A stretch of DNA of 64,000 bases from Elsinoe ampelina. Taxonomy: Eukaryota. Position 1 is the first letter of the stretch. Each line of letters begins with the position of its first letter. The notes below the pieces were generated by a model. It did no database searches, had not been told where the DNA came from, and was given only the letters and a program-made list of their open reading frames with translations. The translations under genes and the position numbers were made by a program. The stretch is taken from NCBI GenBank assembly GCA_010093995.1, contig ML992502.1, positions 1,233,001 through 1,297,000 on the forward strand, read 5' to 3'. This document shows positions 25,019 to 37,022 of this stretch, piece after piece.

Positions 25019-26722
25019 CTACTCGTCGTCCTCGTCTTCCATATCAAATGCTTTCTTCTTCATCGCCAGCTCGTCTTCGAGACCCTTCAGAGCAGTCCTG
25101 ACACGCTGCTTGAGAAGCTGGTTTGTCATCCTGTCGAGCTCTTGTCGTTTGTGTGCGACTTCTTTCTCCAGGTCTGCGATCTCTTCCTGCTGGGCTTGCA
25201 GTTCGTTCTTTTCGGCTACAGCATCCTCGTCGACAGCATCCGCGCTTGCATCGTCATCATCCTCGTCCTCGTCTGAGCTCGATTCCTCGCGAGCTTGTGG
25301 GACTTCGCTCTCATATGCTGGCGTTTCTGCTTGAGCCGGCGTGTCGGCTGCACTCGAACCTTGTGCTGCTGCACTGCTGCTTCTGGTAACATCCACCATG
25401 TCTGATACCCCTAGTGCTGTGTCTGCTCCTGCCGGCTCGTCTTCGTCCATGTTCTCCAGTCCGGCGAGCAGATCTGCATCGTCCTCTTCCTCTTGGTACT
25501 GACTCGGCGTTTGCGCGATGCCCATTCCGTAAGCATCTTCAGTCGAGTCGATATACTCTCCTTCTGCATCCTCCAGGTCTCCCTCATCCACGTTGGTCTG
25601 GTTCCCATCGTACACCTTCCAATCAACCTTGCCACCTCTACTGAGGCACTCTTTGTCTTCCTTCAATAGTCTCTCCACCTCTTCCTCCACATTCTCAATG
25701 TCCCTGTAGCTCACCCTCTTCCTGAATCTCCGCTTCCTTACCCAATGCATTGGCGGCGTTAACCCATGCGCATACCTGAAATCTGCATCCACCTCTTTCG
25801 GCAATTTGTACGTCTTCGCCTCATCTTCCACACTCCCTGCCCCTCCTGACAACCCCACCGGCCCCAGTATCAGCATCATCTGACTGATATCCGCGACCTT
25901 CCACCATCCGCCCTTGCGATCCCAACTCTTCATGCTCTCAACCAAACACGGTAGCTCCACCAGTACTGCCGCATATTTGTTCCCCCTGATCGTCACCACC
26001 GCCCTCCTCAGATCCCTCGACACGAACCGAAAACTCACATCCGCTCCTCCCTCCGCCAGACTCATGCCCAGCGTCTTGTTCTCCACCGCCTCCCGCACAT
26101 ACTTCGTGTCCCCCTCCACCATCGCCCTAACCCTCTCGTTTCCTCTAAACACATCGGGCGCTGGCATCCGCATCACAAACTGCTGTTCCACAGCCGGATC
26201 GATCTCGGCGTCGCTCGCCTCAGAATCGTACCCCACGCCCACCGGTCGCACAGGCGGCGCCCCCTTAGTCACGAGCGAGAGGTTCTTCGGCCCAGACGAC
26301 TTGCGGCGTTTCTGCAGCTTGAGACCGATGCGAGGACCGGCAGACGTGGGCGTATCAGCGATCGCGGCGGAAGGCGGGCCATTCTCGGTCTTGATGTCTG
26401 CAAGTGAACCATTTGGGCCGCCTAGTTTGAAGCTGATTCTGCGTGCTGGGCCGTCGGTAGCAGCACGTTTGGGAGCTGGGGAGATGTCCGATTCGGCCGC
26501 GCGTTTGGTGGGTTTGGTGACTCGTTTGGCCTTGGGGAGTCCGGGAGGAGGAGCGAGAGGTTCTGCTTGCGGTGGAAACTCGGAGGCAGGTGTGGGAGGG
26601 GCGGAGGACTTTAGCTTGATTCGCGGCTTGGAGGTGCCTGGTGTTGGTGTCGCGGCGGCGGATGTAGGGGTGGCGGTTGTTGGGGAGCCAGCAAGACTGC
26701 TGGTCTTGATCTTGAATGGCAT
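25019..26722 (-). CDS. TAF7: TFIID subunit TAF7 (TAFII55_N domain)
   Basis: EQQFVMRM, YAAVLVELPCLVESMKSWD, KVADISQM, HGLTPPMHWVRKRRFRKR, VEEEVERLL, C-terminal coiled coil. Confidence 0.92.
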   Translation of the reverse strand: MPFKIKTSSLAGSPTTATPTSAAATPTPGTSKPRIKLKSSAPPTPASEFPPQAEPLAPPPGLPKAKRVTKPTKRAAESDISPAPKRAATDGPARRISFKLGGPNGSLADIKTENGPPSAAIADTPTSAGPRIGLKLQKRRKSSGPKNLSLVTKGAPPVRPVGVGYDSEASDAEIDPAVEQQFVMRMPAPDVFRGNERVRAMVEGDTKYVREAVENKTLGMSLAEGGADVSFRFVSRDLRRAVVTIRGNKYAAVLVELPCLVESMKSWDRKGGWWKVADISQMMLILGPVGLSGGAGSVEDEAKTYKLPKEVDADFRYAHGLTPPMHWVRKRRFRKRVSYRDIENVEEEVERLLKEDKECLSRGGKVDWKVYDGNQTNVDEGDLEDAEGEYIDSTEDAYGMGIAQTPSQYQEEEDDADLLAGLENMDEDEPAGADTALGVSDMVDVTRSSSAAAQGSSAADTPAQAETPAYESEVPQAREESSSDEDEDDDDASADAVDEDAVAEKNELQAQQEEIADLEKEVAHKRQELDRMTNQLLKQRVRTALKGLEDELAMKKKAFDMEDEDDE

Positions 26723-26969
26723 AGTGAGGCGCTATGGCGACAAGCGCCAGTGAGTGTGAAGAGAGGATGATGCAGGTGGAATGTGAAGTCGAATATGGTA
26801 TTGCAGTGGAGAAGTCGTGGGGAACCGGAGAAGCAAACATGAGCTTCCATATGGCTTCCTTCTGACTTCTATATCCGACCTCGTCCAATCTCAGATCGCA
26901 CAATTATGCACATGGATTTATGACGACGACGTCAAAATATCTTGACGCTGGCTGAGAGGGACAGCTAAG
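26723..26969. promoter_or_regulatory. Probable bidirectional promoter between TAF7 and TAF3
   Basis: Only 247 bp separate the head-to-head ATGs; a CRE-like GACGTCA lies at ~26928. Confidence 0.6.
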
Positions 26970-27707
26970 ATGACTACCCCTCACGACCTTCACGCCGCTG
27001 CTTTGCGCGTCCCAATCCTCCATATTCTTAGAGCAGCAGGCTTCCACAGCACCAAGCCAACCGTACTCGAGACATTGGTGAACCTCACCGAGCGCTATAT
27101 ATTGCTCCTAGCCTCGAGCACCGCTGATAATGCACTGGCCAATCACAACTCTCTCATCCCAGACGTGACAGACGTCCGTATGGCTCTGACTGAAGCCGGT
27201 GTGCTCCTGCCCGTCACCAGCGCCGCTGAAGAGGAATGGACCGAGAAGCTCCGAAAGCCGCTCGAGGATTACGATACTGTCGTCTTTGGCAGCATGCGCC
27301 GAGACAAGGAGATCGCCAGGCGGGACGAGCATGACGTCGCAGATGTGAAGGAATTCAAGGATTGGGTCACGGGCGACAAGTACAAGGAGATCAGAAGGAT
27401 CGCAGGTATGCTGCCAGACGCGAGCACATCGGTAGCTGGGCAGGGAAGGGTTGCAGGCGAAGGTGGAGGGGTTCAAGAAGACTTTTTGACTATGCTGAAG
27501 CGCAAGAACAAGGCAATCGTGGATGAGGAAAGGTGGGCAGGGACTGTGCTGGGGACGGATAGCGAGGATAGGGATTTGGTGATTGAGGGGGGGAGTGCTG
27601 CGACTATCAACGATTGGGCAAAGAAGGTGAGGGAGAAGACGGAGAAGGAGAAGGAGAAGAAGGTCAACGGTGACGGGGACGTGGAAATGGCGACGGCACC
27701 TGGTTGA
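26970..27707 (+). CDS. TAF3: TFIID subunit TAF3-like (bromodomain-associated histone-fold domain)
   Basis: The N-terminus LRVPILHILRAAGFHSTKPTVLETLVNLTERYILLLA...DVRMAL resembles the yeast Taf3 histone fold. The proline-rich TAF8_C motif is absent. Confidence 0.75.
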   Translation: MTTPHDLHAAALRVPILHILRAAGFHSTKPTVLETLVNLTERYILLLASSTADNALANHNSLIPDVTDVRMALTEAGVLLPVTSAAEEEWTEKLRKPLEDYDTVVFGSMRRDKEIARRDEHDVADVKEFKDWVTGDKYKEIRRIAGMLPDASTSVAGQGRVAGEGGGVQEDFLTMLKRKNKAIVDEERWAGTVLGTDSEDRDLVIEGGSAATINDWAKKVREKTEKEKEKKVNGDGDVEMATAPG

Positions 27708-28941
27708 AATACCTCCTGTGGCCAGATGGATTTCTATCGACCAGTGGCGTCCGCACCGCGCCTCGGGTCGCAAGTCCCTAACATTGCGCCGCTGTCGCGC
27801 AGAACCATGGCATCTCTCGCTGGACCGAGACTGCAACGTACCAGCTTGCAATGAAACGTCGGGACAAGCGGCGTCATGGCGCTTCCACTGAGCTTGCTCA
27901 GAGACCTTGATGAAGCCATGAGGGGGCTAGCCGAAAGCTGAAGAAGTGGCCGGCAACACCGCATCACTAGAGGTATGGAGAACCAGCAGAAAGGGTCAAG
28001 ATACTTGGAATAGCTATGCTGATTCTGCTACCGAAGATGTTCAATCTGTATGTGTGATGTTTCGTTCCTCTTGAAATGCTATCATCCACGATCGAGTGAC
28101 GTGCCCAGCGAGTCCACCAACAGCATATCCTTATGAGTCTCATTCTTCTTCCGCAGCCACTGTGCTCGTCGGTTCCTCCACGGTGCCTGGCTCGTTCCCC
28201 ACGCCCTCCTGTCGTGCCTGCTCCAACACGTCTGTCCAGGATGCCAATAAGCGCTCTGGAATCGTCAAAGCATGAGCGATCTGAGCACCAGGTATATGTG
28301 ATGGTGGAAAGATCGGCGCCGTTGATCCTGATCAAGTCTCGCATCAAACCATGGATCAAGATCGTTCGAGAGCTTATTGTAGCCAAGCTTTTATACTCCA
28401 CCATTCGGAAGAAGACTTTCAAAGTCTAAGAGGGAGAGCGGCAGGGATGTTTTCCGGGGGGCTTTGGACGATGCACGATTGCCTGGTAGGATGCTCCTCA
28501 TGAAAGTACGTTCTGCAGCCTATGATGTCAGTCCCTGTCTCCACCAATCTGCTGGCTGGACCCGTGTCGAACTCACCCAGGGGTCGCATCTTATCATCAC
28601 AATGAAAAATCCGCCAACAACTACCAGAAAGTCCAAGATGCAAGGGACGTCACGGGCAAACTCGCAGCGCAAAGTACTCTGGTGAGCATGGCTTGGTGAA
28701 GAAAATCGTGTATAGTGCTTGCGAGAGTAAAAGTGAATTCACGACTCGGAAGTTGTAGAAGGGAAAAGGGGAAGAGCTGTAAGGGAAACGATGTATGGGC
28801 CGCATTTGCCATCTCTGCGAAGCTCGCAGCTGTCTACTGTGTGAAACAGAACAAACCTGATGCCCTCCTTCTATTGGCTCCTTGAAAGTCGTGAAAACAA
28901 TCATCCCTGGACATGATACCCAAAACATCCATGCAAACGCC

Positions 28942-30268
28942 TCAAGCATGCCCATTCCCGTTTGCACCGCCGTTTGTGCTTCCGTTTGCCACGCCATTGA
29001 CCTTGTCCAAGACCACCACTCTTTCAATAGCCCGAAGCACGTCCTTGACGAGATCGTCTCCGTCCTCAACACCGCAGCTAATTCTGACGAGGTCGTCGAA
29101 AACACCTGCAGCTTCTCTCTGTTCCCGTGGGATGCCGGCGTGTGTCATGCTACCTGGTAGCTCGACCAAGCTCTCCACGCCACCCAAGCTCTCGGCAAGA
29201 GTGAAGATCTGAGTTGCCTGACAAAAGCGCTCGGCAGCCTGCTGACCTCCCTTGATACGGAATGACAGCATGCCTCCTCCCATGCCGTCGCGATGTTGCT
29301 TCAGCGCAATCTTACGGTGCGGGTGGGTGGCAAGACCCGGGTAGTTGACGGAGATGACGTTGGGTGATTGTTGGAGTGCTTGTGCCACAAGAGTGCCGTT
29401 CCTGCTGGCTTCCCTGACTCGGAGGTGGAGAGTCTTAACGCCACGGTGGGCTAGCCAGCAGTCGAATGCCGAGGGTACAGCACCAATGGCGTTTTGCAAG
29501 AAGGCAAGGCGTTCGTGGATTTCTGGGGAGTTGAGGGCGGCTACACCCATGAGAACATCGGAGTGGCCATTGATGTATTTTGTGACGGAGTGAACGACGA
29601 TATCTGCGCCGTGATCTAGTGGGTTCTGGATATAAGGGGAGAGAAACGTGTTGTCTACTACGACTTGAATACCGTGACGGTGGGCGATGTCGGTCACTGC
29701 CCGAATGTCAACAAGCGAGAGGGTCGGGTTCGAGGGCGATTCGATCCAAATGAGCTTGGTCTCGTTCGGGCGGATGAGGCTCTCAATATCGAGCTCGATG
29801 GAAGGCGAGAAAGTGACGTGGACTCCATGCGCAGATGCGACTTTCGTGAAGTACCTGTGGGTGCCACCATAGACATCCGATACAGAGACGACGTGGGAAC
29901 CTGCGGCCAAGGATTGTAGAATGACGGCGGTTGTGGCGGATCCTGAAGAAAACGCAAGTGCATACTTCGCATGCTCCAGAGCTGCTATAGACGCCTCAAA
30001 GTTCGATCGATTTGGATTCGCCGACCGGGTGTATTCATATTCGCCGATGGGCTTTCCGACTGCCGATTGAGCAAAGGTCGTCGAGAGGGAGATCTAGGGA
30101 AATATCAGATCAAGTACTCATCGATAGACTCTCGAGACTCACCGGCTCAATGACAGCTCCTGTTACTGGATCGATAGGAGAGCCAGCATGGACAGCGAGA
30201 GTGCCGAACTTGTGAACGGGCGAGGGAGCCCTGGGTGGCGTCTCGATGGGTTGATTCGAGACAGTCAT
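28942..30268 (-). CDS. CYS3: Cystathionine gamma-lyase; intron 30094-30142
   Basis: FGTLAVHAG, EP|ISLSTTF, YEYTRSANPNR, DVYGGT, IESPSNP, VDNTF, HSVTKYINGHSD (PLP lysine), LAESLGGVESL. Confidence 0.93.
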
Positions 30269-30888
30269 TCTGAACGTTGAGTGCTTGACCAGAAGATCCA
30301 CGAAGAGGTCCGTAGCTATATATCCAAACACCTCAGGTAAGCAATACGTCCGGAAGATTCCAAAGCGGTGTTCGTGATCTACCTAGTTCCGGAGACGTTC
30401 GACAGGTACGAGCTGTCGAGGCCGGCACAATGCAAATGTAGGGTGATGACAAAGCCGTAAGATGGGTCCTTTGAGTCAAAGAAGTACCTTTAAGTACATT
30501 CTCTACAACATCCCTTCGTCAACTGAAGAAAAACAAGCACCGCTTAACGACGGCGACATGTGTCGACGAGTGGATCGCGCAATCGCCAAACTCATGACGT
30601 GATTGGTCACAACGTTTCGGGCTTGCTTTGAAATGTACGAGCCCTAAAACTTTCACTAGCAGACAAGAAGGTAAATGCGGTGTATTTTATGTAAGATTTT
30701 GTTCACCGCCCGGGCACATGACATTGAAGGGACAATGCCATGAAGTTCCTATACCTAAATGACTGCAATGCTAGTATGCCGCTAAAGTATCAAAAGTCCA
30801 ATTCCCGTTGCATGTCTCATAGCCTGCACGAGTCGTTCTCGAGGAACGAATTCCAAATGCTCGATAGCGTTCAAGGTCAAGTTCTCGG

Positions 30889-32017
30889 TCAGTATACCTT
30901 CTTCTTCTTGGCAGCGGCGGCGGAGAGTGCTTGGAGCTTTCGCTTTCGTTCCAGCTTCTGGCGCTTCAGCTCCTCTTCCTCTCTGAGAGCCTCTTCATCT
31001 TCTTTCCTCGCCACCTTCGCGCTCATGAGCTCCTCTTGGTCAATCTCGTTCAACCCAGCCTCCATGTCCGAGGACGCCGAATCGTAGCCATCGTCTTCCT
31101 CTTCATCCTCTTCCTCGTCCGAGTAATCTTCCGCATACTTGTAGCGAGATTGTTCACCAGGACGGGGTCTCTTCGGCTGAGGCGCGGCTTTCGGTGCTCC
31201 CCCAGGTCGCATGGTGCCTTTGTATGCCGGGGCAGCAGCAGTGGCAGCCGGACGCATTGTGCCTTTGTAGCCAGTGTCGACCTTCTTCTTGGTATCCACT
31301 GTCTTCCCACTGGCTGTCACCGGCGTGCCGTCTCGGCTACGACCGGCCAGCTGCAGTCCCCCTTTCAGCTTTGTATCTTTCTGAAGGGCTTTCGCCTCTG
31401 CAGCCAAACGCTCCTTTTCTCTCCGCGAGAGGTGCTTTTTCTCAACCTTGATATGCTTGATCTCGCCTACCCCTTTACCCTTATTCGCCTCCTGCGCCAT
31501 TCTTGCTCGCTCCAGAGTTGCCAGGTATCCTTTCTTGGCAGGAGCCGGGGCACTTGTCGAAGGTGTAGTCGTAGCCGCTGCAGGCTTCTGGACTGGCTTG
31601 GCTGCTACCTGTTTCGGGACTCCATTCGTCTGCGGGATTGGTCGACTAGTCCCTTTGTACGGTTCAGGCGGTTTCGATAGCCCACCTGCACTTCGTGCCG
31701 CTGGAGAACTGGTGCCACTCCTAGAAGGTGTGATTATCGACGAGGCGCCACTTGATGTCTTTGGTATCTTCAAAGATGACAATGACCCTTCCGGCTCAGC
31801 TTTACGTTTGAGTGTTCCTTGGCCTCCGACAACGACGGGTCGAGCTGCGCCCGGCGGCTGACTCGAAGCATTCTGCTGGGATTTCGGCTTCACGTTCGGT
31901 GCAGCAGGTCGTGTAGCTTGCGCCGAACTATCCTTGTTGATAGTCGACAGAACGGAGTTGAGAAACTACCCTGTGGTCAGCGAAGATTATGAGCGGTGCT
32001 GCCTCACATACGCTCAT
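30889..32017 (-). CDS. SPT2: Spt2-type chromatin protein / histone chaperone; intron 31966-32011
   Basis: The spliced start reads MS|FLNSVLSTI. The C-terminus SDMEAG..EIDQEE..SAKVARKEDEE matches the SPT2 domain; repeated YKGT motifs. Confidence 0.8.
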
Positions 32018-32516
32018 CTTGCAGTAGTTGGTCGATGGCTAGGCCGCTCAGTGACTAACTGCTATCGGTGACGGGAAGACCTTCGCATGCTGGTTTGATA
32101 CTCCAACTTTGAAGTGATGTTTTGATGACAGTGTGACTACGAGTGATTATTAAGGATGGTAGAGAATGGTAAGAAAGGAAATAGCAGGTGTAGGACAGAA
32201 GGTTTCTTTGTCAAGTTTGTGACCATGAGTGTCCCCCCGGATCTATAGAATGACGTTGCATCAAATCCGGCCCTCTGTAGCTGCCAAGAATTCCACGGGA
32301 CCGTCCGCACTTTGGCCCTCCCACACGCTCGATTTTGACGGCTTTGTGGGCTTCAATTTCTCGAATTTCGAACGACCACACATCACCGAACTTGAAGATT
32401 CAGTCTCCGCCCAACCCTGCGGTTAAATCGATTGTCTCTCTAGTTCTATCAACAACTACCAAGTACGGCCACACTATATCCAACAGCGACACGTTCTAAT
32501 ATTTGTAGCATTCAAA

Positions 32517-32907
32517 ATGAAGCATCTGGCGGCCTACCTTCTCCTCCAGCTCGGTGGTAACACCTCCCCCGGCGCTAGCGACATCAAGGAGGTTCTCTCC
32601 TCTGTCGGTATTGAGGCCGATGGCGACCGTCTCGACAAGCTCATCTCCGAGCTCGAGGGCAAGGATATCTCTGAGGTACGCATCGAGAATGAGAACGCTC
32701 ACGGACGAGGATTCTGATAATATGCAGTTGATCAAGGAGGGATCTGGCAAGCTCGCCTCTGTGCCATCCGGCGGTGCTGGTGGTGCTGCTCCTGCTGCTG
32801 GCGGTGCTGCCGCTGCTGGCGGTGACGCTGCTCCCGCGGCTGAGGAGAAGAAGGAAGAGGAGAAGGAGGAGTCCGACGAGGACATGGGCTTCGGTCTCTT
32901 CGATTAA
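32517..32907 (+). CDS. RPP2: 60S acidic ribosomal protein P2; intron 32676-32727, probable 5'UTR intron 32463-32508
   Basis: [10 protein letters not shown], Ala/Gly hinge, terminal [13 protein letters not shown]. Confidence 0.97.
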
Positions 32908-33373
32908 GCGGTTCGAAGGAAGGAAATGTGGTCGGCAATGGCCTGACAGAGAATGAGGACGGAATTGTCACACGGCGCTACCCATGGCAGCAGTATGCGG
33001 CCGGCACCATTACCAGATTGCGATATCCAAATCTCAAAGGTCGTTCTTCAAACCAACATAATGTCTAAAGCTTCCATGTGATTCAATGTTGAGGTGATGC
33101 CCTCCGTGGCGGCCAAGAGGCGTCGTGAAGTCACACATAATGACCACACCATCATTGCCGTCCTATTGTGCTCTGAACATAGATTCATAAGACAGTCTAT
33201 TGTACCATCCTGGTATTCGAGTTAGCTCTTAGATTTGTACTGCATTATCGGGACACTTCTGCGTAGACCGAAATTTACCGAAGTGGGGCCGTTAAGCGAA
33301 TCTCCGCTCTCAGCACACTTTCTTCAAACTGCACCAGATCGCAAACCTCATCCGACATCCATCACCGCACATC

Positions 33374-34129
33374 ATGGCCGACGACACCTACGTGAGTACC
33401 GAGATGTACTGATCATTTATTCCAGACTACTGACATATATTAGAACGCCGAAGAGGCTGCCGGTATGCGAAACCCACCCGATCTTTGAACGCGCAAAAAC
33501 TCCCCATGGCCGATCCTACAAAGGGGACTTCGATGGACGAAACCCTGTGGAAAGGCCACAAAGGGGAGTGGGATGAAGGACAATAGCTGACGTGGATACT
33601 TTACAGAGCTCAAGAAGAAGAGAGCCTTCCGAAAGTTCTCATACCGTGGTATCGACCTCGACCAGTCAGTCATCCTTTGCTTCGGACGCGATACATATTT
33701 CTGACCGCTGCAGGCTCCTCGATTTGTCATCAGAGCAGCTCCGCGATGTCGTCCACGCTCGTGCTCGTCGCCGATTCAACCGTGGTCTCAAGCGCAAGCC
33801 CATGGGTCTGATCAAGAAGCTCCGCAAGGCCAAGCAGGAGGCGAAGCCCAATGAGAAGCCCGACCTCGTCAAGACACACCTTCGTGACATGATCATTGTC
33901 CCCGAGATGATCGGATCTGTCGTCGGTGTCTACTCCGGCAAGGAATTCAACCAGGTCGAAATCAAGCCTGAGATGGTCGGCCACTACCTCGCAGAATTCT
34001 CCATCTCATAGTATGTCTTTTGGAGGTATGACCACGCCAGCCTACTAACGCTTCGACAGCAAGCCAGTCAAGCACGGTCGTCCTGGTATCGGTGCTACGC
34101 ACTCGTCCCGTTTCATTCCTCTCAAGTAA
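33374..34129 (+). CDS. RPS15: 40S ribosomal protein S15 (uS19); introns 33392-33443, 33463-33606, 33665-33713, 34011-34059
   Basis: The spliced product includes [39 protein letters not shown] and [23 protein letters not shown]. Confidence 0.97.
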
Positions 34130-34672
34130 GCAATGGTGGTTCGGGTATATGGCATTATGATATCGGGTTGTTCAACGGGAGCTATGGACATCGAACAGAG
34201 TGGTAGTGTCCAATGCATGTGGGTTTGGTAGTTGGCAGAGAATGACATTACCATCCCGTACCCAACCTTGTCTACATTGCATGACCTACTGGTGTACAGG
34301 GTGTGCCCTCACTGTATCAAGCACATTGACTGCAACGACAATCTCACTGCAACGCCCGTGCTCGCCATCGCGAAATTGTTTTGCTTGTCGCACACTTCAT
34401 GTCCAGAGAGTGGAGTGCAAAGGCCGCATTCCATCACTACAATGAAACTTTCCTTGGCGTCAACGTCTGTCGACCATGAGGCTGATGGCTGCGTTGACTC
34501 CAAGCGAGCGAGACATGCCCTAACGACCTCATGGTTATCCCGTCCTGACCATTCGCCATTTGCAGAGTTCTTGAACCGGACCAACTTCTATCCCGTGCGA
34601 CGAAAGATCAAAGTCATTGGAATTTCCGCATGAAGCGCAACCACTTTACGCGTAGCCATACGCGCTCCCGCC

Positions 34673-37022
34673 ATGTCTAATCTCGGGTTCGCCATTGATA
34701 GACCTCGCGATTCGCTGGATACTACGAGAGATAGCCTGGAAGCGGACACTGGAGTATGGCGAAGCCGCAGTGACCAAGACATCCTTGATGAAGAGAAAGA
34801 AGTTGAGAAGCTGCTTCGCGGCCCACAATCGACCACCGGCAAGCTACAGCGCTTCTTTGGGATTGGGGCGATAGACGATGACACAGTAGCGATCAACGAG
34901 AAAGAGCATCGCAAATACAGGCGTGAAGGGCGGCGAAGCGGTAGGATGTCACGACGAAGAATGGGTAGGGATGAAGCCGTGGAACTCATGCACGACATGG
35001 AGGACGGAGCGAACAGAAGTAGTACAGACTCTTCCGATGCGTCCTCAGAGGTTGATCGAGGAGACCCGGCAAAGACGAGACATGCTAGAAAAAGCGTACA
35101 GTTCTTCTGTCCCTCTTCTTTCCCCTTACTGACCTCGTTCGTAGACCAAAAAGTCACGCCTTTCTCGCCTAACAGGAATCCACCTGGTCATCCTTATCGC
35201 TTTCGCTGCTCTTCTTTATGGAGCTTACGCTGCGTCTCGTGCCACGCGCCGGCATCCTTACACACCCTTGTCGCTTTCAAATGGCACATCGCTCTTTGCC
35301 CCGACTACCCTCCTCATCTCCCTCGACGGCTTTCGCGCCGACTTCCTCAACCGTGGTCTCACGCCCAACTTGAATGCGCTGGTTCGCTCGGGTGTCTCAC
35401 CGCCATATATGCTTCCCTCCTTTCCTTCCGTCACTTTTCCAAATCACTTCACACTTGTTACAGGCTTATATCCTGAGTCGCACTCGGTGGTGGGCAACAC
35501 CTTCTGGGATCCATCTCTTCGCGAAGAGTTCTACTACACCGATCCGGAGAGGTCTATGCATCCGCGCTTCTGGCTGGCAGAGCCACTCTGGACATTGGCG
35601 GAGAAGAGCGGTGTTCCGTCGGCCATCCACATGTGGCCAGGCAGTGAGGCGCATATCGGTGCAAAGGAGCCTACTTACCTGGATCAATTCAATGCGCATG
35701 AGGCACTGGGAAAGAAGGTAAACAGGGTCATGGGCCTGTTGGACCTTCCTGGTAAAGGAGAAACAGGTGCTGAAGAGGACAAGCCGAGACCGCATCTTCT
35801 GGCGATGTATGTGCCGAACGTCGACGTCGACGGGCACAAATTCGGGCCAAACAGCACAGAGATCCGCAAGACGATCACTGAAGTAGACAACATGATCGGC
35901 GACATCGTCAAAGGCCTCGAAGCCAGGAACCTCACGCACATCGTAAACGTCGTCGTAGTCAGCGACCACGGCATGGCAACAACCAGCACCGACCGCCTCA
36001 TCCAACTAGACGACATCATCGACATGGCCCAAATCGAGCACACAGACGGCTGGCCCCTCTACGGCCTCCGCCCCAAACCCGACGTCGACCTCCAATCCCT
36101 CTACGCCAAACTCAAAGCCGAAGCCGCCTCCTCCCCGGGCTTCGAAGTCTACCTCCGCGACCTCGACATGCCCGCACGCTACCACTTCAGCAACAACCCG
36201 CGCATCGCGCCGCTCTGGATCGTCCCGACCGCAGGCTGGGCCATCGTCACCCGCGACCAATTCGACGTCAAAGCGGCGCAGGGCTCAGGCCGGACCTACA
36301 AGCCCCGCGGCGTCCACGGCTACGACCACGAACATCCCCTCATGCGAGCCATCTTCATCGCCCACGGCCCCGCTTTTCCCCACGAGGGAGGGAGCAAAGT
36401 CAAGCCTTTCCAGAACGTACAAGTCTACGGCCTCGTCTGCGATAGTCTCGGTCTCGAGCCCGCCCCGAATAATGGCACCTTGAGACTCCCCTTGACCGTG
36501 GACGGGAAGCATGAGAATATAGGCCTGGGCGCGGAGGAGGAGGATCTTCCTGCTCACCCCGAAAGGCCTGGAGGTGAAGGAGTGGGGGACCTGGAAAGCA
36601 TGCCTACGTTCGGGGATGGGCGGACGGGAGACAAGACGGGGTGGGAACACCTCGGGGAAATGCCCAAGACTGGCGCGCCGGCGGCGGAGACGGGGAAGGT
36701 GGATGATTTGGAGACGATGCCTACTTTTAATGGCGATGGCGAGGGGGAGGTGCCGGGGGATATGGAAGATATGCCTGGAGCGAAGGAGGATAAGGAGACG
36801 GTGCCGGCGAAGGGAGAGGATGGGAAGGGCCAGCAGAAGGAAGAGGAGGATGAGATGGAGCGGAAGAAGACGTGGTGGAAGTGGTTCAAAGAGAAGGTGG
36901 AGCAGGTCAAGGATTGGGCTTCGGATAGGCTTGGGGGGAAGAATGGGGCGGATGCGGACGAAAAGGTGCCGGAGAGACCGGTGATTGTGAAACCTGAGGG
37001 ACCTCCTGGACCAGAAATATGA
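34673..37022 (+). CDS. NPP1: Type II membrane ectonucleotide pyrophosphatase/phosphodiesterase; intron 35096-35144
   Basis: TM segment after the intron; LISLDGFRAD, PSFPSVTFPNH, DGHKFGP, VSDHGM, GVHGYD. Confidence 0.9.

Noticed and set aside
25914..26753. Long antisense ORFs over real genes (e.g. 279 aa opposite TAF7, 250 aa opposite NPP1, 249 aa opposite SPT2)
   Set aside because: Expected shadows of GC-rich, codon-biased coding sequence.
27750..28900. ORFs 27967-28422 and 28133-28429 between TAF3 and CYS3
   Set aside because: No motifs and no convincing gene structure; probably UTR or intergenic sequence.
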